A DNA stretch of 64,000 nt from an endosymbiont of Galathealinum brachiosum (lineage in GTDB: Bacteria > Pseudomonadota > Gammaproteobacteria > SZUA-229), in the NCBI GenBank assembly GCA_003349885.1, contig QFXC01000011.1, positions 449,977-513,976 on the forward strand. The letters run 5' to 3'. Position 1 is the stretch's first letter, and each line of letters opens with the position of its first letter. Positions 60,706 to 64,000 of the stretch are shown here, piece after piece. The notes beneath the pieces were generated by a model. It made no database searches. It was not told the DNA's origin and saw only the letters and a list, made by a program, of their open reading frames with translations. The position numbers and the translations under genes are program-made.

Positions 60706-61875
60706 ATGTCAAACTTAGAAAGTACAGTACCAAACATTGATTCTGATGCTGAAAATATGAAAGCGTCTACATCTGATAATGAATCACAGAATCAATCAGA
60801 GAAGAAATCATCAGGTAACGGCTTTATATTGTTTTTAATGTTGCTCGTTGTTGGAGTGAGTGCGGCAGCTGCATTTTATCTTTGGGATTTACAGAAAAAG
60901 CAGGATGCGATCTTACAAAGCCAGCAGTTATCAATAGAAGAATTAAAAGAACAGGTAGAAAAAACTGTAGTTGGATTTAGTGAAAACGTTAAATTAGTGG
61001 CTGACAATAAACAGCACATTGAACTAGTCGGCAGTAAGATAGAACAAGCAGAAAAAATTTCACAACAGGCAATTGAAACGGTTAATCGCAGTCAGCGTGG
61101 CTGGGTTATTGCAGAAATAGATTATTTATTACGAATTGCGCATCAAAGGATCGCTGTTGCAAAGGATATTGGCGGAGCGATAGCCGCACTAAAAGGTGCC
61201 GATTCCAGACTAGAGCAACTGGGTGATTTAAGTTTATTTAAAATTCGTGAACAACTCTCAAAAGATATAGGAAATTTAAATGCCATTCATCAGGCAGATG
61301 TAAACGGCATTTCATTAGCGTTAGATCAGATTATTGCTTCTTTGCCATCGCTTCCTTATAAAACAGTTAAAGATGAAATAAAAATTCAGTTTACTCAGGA
61401 TGATGCGGTTGAACAGCCAAAAACAGAAGATAAAACATTTATAGATTCTGTCGTTGAAACAGTAAAACAGATTGGTGATATAAAAGTTCATCAGAAAAGC
61501 ATAGAAGCTGCAAGTAGTGTGGAGCAGAAAAGCGGTATTGAGCAGTTATTGCGAACTTACCTGTTAGGTGCGCGGTTAGCTGCGCTTCGATTTAATCAGA
61601 TGCAATTTTTACATGAGATAGAAAAAGCAAATGAAATTATCAGATTGCATTATGATGACAAGGATAATCGAATACAGCAAATGCAAAAAACATTACTTGA
61701 TTACTCTGCATTACAGTTAAGCCCTGATCTGCCAGAATTAACAAAAGCCTGGACAATGTTACAGTCGGAAATAAAAAGTCCTGCGAGAAAAACAGTCAAT
61801 GCTGCAGTGGCAAATAAAAGTAAAAAGACAGCGTCTAAAGCAGGTGTAAAACCTGAAGAGCAGGAGAAGCAATAA
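60706..61875 (+). CDS. hemX: HemX-family protein
   Basis: Single TM, coiled coil, WVIAEIDYLLRIAHQR, ADSRL; position after hemD. Confidence 0.9.
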   Translation: MSNLESTVPNIDSDAENMKASTSDNESQNQSEKKSSGNGFILFLMLLVVGVSAAAAFYLWDLQKKQDAILQSQQLSIEELKEQVEKTVVGFSENVKLVADNKQHIELVGSKIEQAEKISQQAIETVNRSQRGWVIAEIDYLLRIAHQRIAVAKDIGGAIAALKGADSRLEQLGDLSLFKIREQLSKDIGNLNAIHQADVNGISLALDQIIASLPSLPYKTVKDEIKIQFTQDDAVEQPKTEDKTFIDSVVETVKQIGDIKVHQKSIEAASSVEQKSGIEQLLRTYLLGARLAALRFNQMQFLHEIEKANEIIRLHYDDKDNRIQQMQKTLLDYSALQLSPDLPELTKAWTMLQSEIKSPARKTVNAAVANKSKKTASKAGVKPEEQEKQ

Positions 61876-63140
61876 TGAAACGTATTATACTTGCAATATT
61901 ATTGGCGACAATACTTTCCGTTATTATTGGTGTTACCGCATTTTATAATGGTGCTGGTTATGTTGTATTTAGTTTTGCTGATTATACCGTAGAGACATCG
62001 TTTATCTTTATGGCAGGTTTTCTTGCAGCAAGTTTTTTTGTGTTTTATTATTTTTTACGCATCCTTTCAAGATTGCTTCATTTTCCAGACTACATGAGTC
62101 AGAGGCATTCATATCGTCAGTCTGAACGAGCAAAAGATGCTCTTGTTAAAGGATTGATAGAAATGTCTGAAGGTCGTTTTGAGCAAGCTGAAAAAATATT
62201 ACTAAAACAGGCGGGTTCCAGTAATACGTCTCTATTAAATTATTTAATGGCAGCAAGGTCAGCTCAGCAGGTTGCTGCATATGATAGACGAGACGAATAT
62301 TTACGCCTGGCACATGAAGTGACACCATCTGCTGATATCGCTATTGGATTAACTCAGGCTGAGTTACAGTTAAGTCATAAACAGTACGAGCAGGCATTAG
62401 CAACATTAAATCATCTTTCTAGTGTTTCACCTAAACATGGTTATGTGAAAAAGCTACAGGCGAAAGCTTATCAACAGCTTGAAGACTGGGATAACCTGGG
62501 TCCTATACTTGAAGATGTTCGTAAGATGAAAGCACTGGAAGAATCACAGCTTGAGAAAGATGAAATAGAAGCATACTACGGCATGTTAAAAGGTAGTATC
62601 AAACAGGTAGATGGTGAAAAGACAGATCGTATCTGGCAAAAAATACCAAAACGATTAAAAGTTAATTCTGAATTAATACATGTCTATTGTGGTTTTTTAT
62701 TAAAGAATAATAAGGCAGAAGAGGCTGAAGTTTTAATTAGAAATCAGTTAAGTAATAGTTGGGATAATGAGCTGGCCATGTTGTATTCTAATTTATCAGT
62801 AGGGGATTGTACCAAACAGTTAGAAACAGCTGAAACATGGCTGCACGGTCAATCACGTAATCCGGTTTTATTATTAGTGTTAGGTAAACTTTGTTTAAAC
62901 TGTCAGTTATGGGGCAAAGCTAGAAGTTATTTTGAATCGAGCATAGGTATAAAGCCGGGCTCAGAAGCATATTTGAAATTAGCTGAATTACTTGATAGCA
63001 AAATGGATGAGCATGAAGAGTCTCAACAGATGTACCAGTTAGGTTTATTGAATGCGGTAGATAGTCAGTGTGAAGATAATAAACAGGCTCTTTCTAGTGA
63101 AAATAATACGGCTAGACCATTATTGAAAGTAATTCAGTAG
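61875..63140 (+). CDS. hemY: HemY-family TPR protein
   Basis: GYVVFSF..YTVETS, GLIEMSEGRFEQAEK, TPR repeats, QLWGKARSYFE. Confidence 0.93.
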   Translation: MKRIILAILLATILSVIIGVTAFYNGAGYVVFSFADYTVETSFIFMAGFLAASFFVFYYFLRILSRLLHFPDYMSQRHSYRQSERAKDALVKGLIEMSEGRFEQAEKILLKQAGSSNTSLLNYLMAARSAQQVAAYDRRDEYLRLAHEVTPSADIAIGLTQAELQLSHKQYEQALATLNHLSSVSPKHGYVKKLQAKAYQQLEDWDNLGPILEDVRKMKALEESQLEKDEIEAYYGMLKGSIKQVDGEKTDRIWQKIPKRLKVNSELIHVYCGFLLKNNKAEEAEVLIRNQLSNSWDNELAMLYSNLSVGDCTKQLETAETWLHGQSRNPVLLLVLGKLCLNCQLWGKARSYFESSIGIKPGSEAYLKLAELLDSKMDEHEESQQMYQLGLLNAVDSQCEDNKQALSSENNTARPLLKVIQ

Positions 63141-63222
63141 AAAATAATTACTTTGGTCTGAAGGCTCTTATGCCTTGCAGAATCTTCAGGTGATATTAGA
63201 ATTGTTTCTGATTTGATGTTAG

Positions 63223-63666
63223 TTATTGATGAACTACATAATGGCCACGAAATAATAAAGCATCTTTTCCATTAAATAAAACTTTAATCTCTAATTTAAT
63301 GCGCGCCAACCCTTTACGGTGATAGGTTTTTAGAAATCGTGATAAAACGTTACTATCATTTAATTCACATACTGCTCTTATCTCTCCATCAACGGGCAGC
63401 AGGTAATCAACTTCACTATGTTGAATAACAATGTGACCAGTAAGATTATGTAACTTCATCTGATGGAAAACAAAACTCCACCCGCATAAAACAGCAACAG
63501 AATATAAACTGCCTCCAAAAGCGGTGCATTTGTGATTTATATTTGGCTCTAGAGGTGCTGTGAGTTCGACTCTGTTAACATCGCAATGGGCAACAGAAAT
63601 TTCCATTGCCCGTGTAAGCGGGATTTCACTATGAAGCACTGACTGTAAATGCTTGCAAGATTTCAT
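63223..63666 (-). CDS. YiiD C-terminal-type thioesterase domain protein
   Basis: EIPLTRAMEI, APLEPNINHKCTAFGGSLYS. Confidence 0.88.
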   Translation of the reverse strand: MKSCKHLQSVLHSEIPLTRAMEISVAHCDVNRVELTAPLEPNINHKCTAFGGSLYSVAVLCGWSFVFHQMKLHNLTGHIVIQHSEVDYLLPVDGEIRAVCELNDSNVLSRFLKTYHRKGLARIKLEIKVLFNGKDALLFRGHYVVHQ

Positions 63667-63671
63667 ATGAT

Positions 63672-64000
63672 TTATTTTTTTGCAGCAATTGCCTGCGTAG
63701 CATCTGCAGAGTATTCAAAAGCATCGGAAAACATATTGTCTTTAGATGCTCCTAGTGTTGTGAATAAATCAACCGCAGCATTTACCATAGGTGGTGGGCC
63801 GCTCATATAAATATCAAAAGCAGATAGTTGAGGGAATTTATTGGCAACGGCCTGATGAACAAAACCGGTTTCACCTTGCCAGTTATCCTCATCCATCGGA
63901 TCAGAGAGAACAGCTGTAAAAGTAAGGTTACTATTGTTTTTGATCCATTGTTTGGCCATGTCGTCCATATACAGATCACGTAATGCCCTTACTCCCATAA
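63672..64000 (-). CDS. C-terminal part of a flavin/NAD(P)H oxidoreductase (CDP-6-deoxy-glucoseen reductase / Fre-like); start outside window
   Basis: YWGVR..DLY, W.GETGFVHQAV, IYMSGPPPMV, FSDAF. Confidence 0.85.
   Translation of the reverse strand, partial: MGVRALRDLYMDDMAKQWIKNNSNLTFTAVLSDPMDEDNWQGETGFVHQAVANKFPQLSAFDIYMSGPPPMVNAAVDLFTTLGASKDNMFSDAFEYSADATQAIAAKK

Overview
Low-GC gammaproteobacterial chromosome around the replication origin. Core genes: dnaN (partial), oriC, dnaA, rpmH-rnpA-yidD-yidC-mnmE, mnmG, rsmG-parA-parB, atpIBEFHAGDC, glmU, and argH / algZ-algR-hemCDXY. Accessory DNA sits at three places. (1) A 5,354-bp tyrosine-integrase element is inserted in the last 18 bp of mnmE. 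Both att cores encode FCIGK-stop, and arm sites, IHF sites and phased repeats are all readable. It has a minimal backbone (int, unknown, alpA, DUF5405-like, DUF669/SSB-like, hexamer repeats), no primase or relaxase, and cargo of an orphan anti-sigma-type GHKL kinase + STAS pair and a lipoprotein. (2) About 15 kb between attR and mnmG carries tRNA 2-selenouridine synthase, a cytochrome b-SHP-DHC cluster with its two-component system, and a membrane-anchored octaheme (Otr-like) cytochrome with a cytochrome b partner. (3) After glmU, where glmS usually lies, an AT-rich gene encodes a three-domain HD (RelA/SpoT-hydrolase-like)-CBS-HEPN(RxxxxH) protein, my top candidate for an undescribed nucleotide-gated RNase system. 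Sulfur-handling genes (TauE, Otr, exported tandem rhodanese, DsrC/TusE-like with shifted Cys) suggest a sulfur-metabolising marine organism (inference). No rRNA, tRNA or CRISPR array was seen. All family assignments come from motif recognition by eye; no searches were run.
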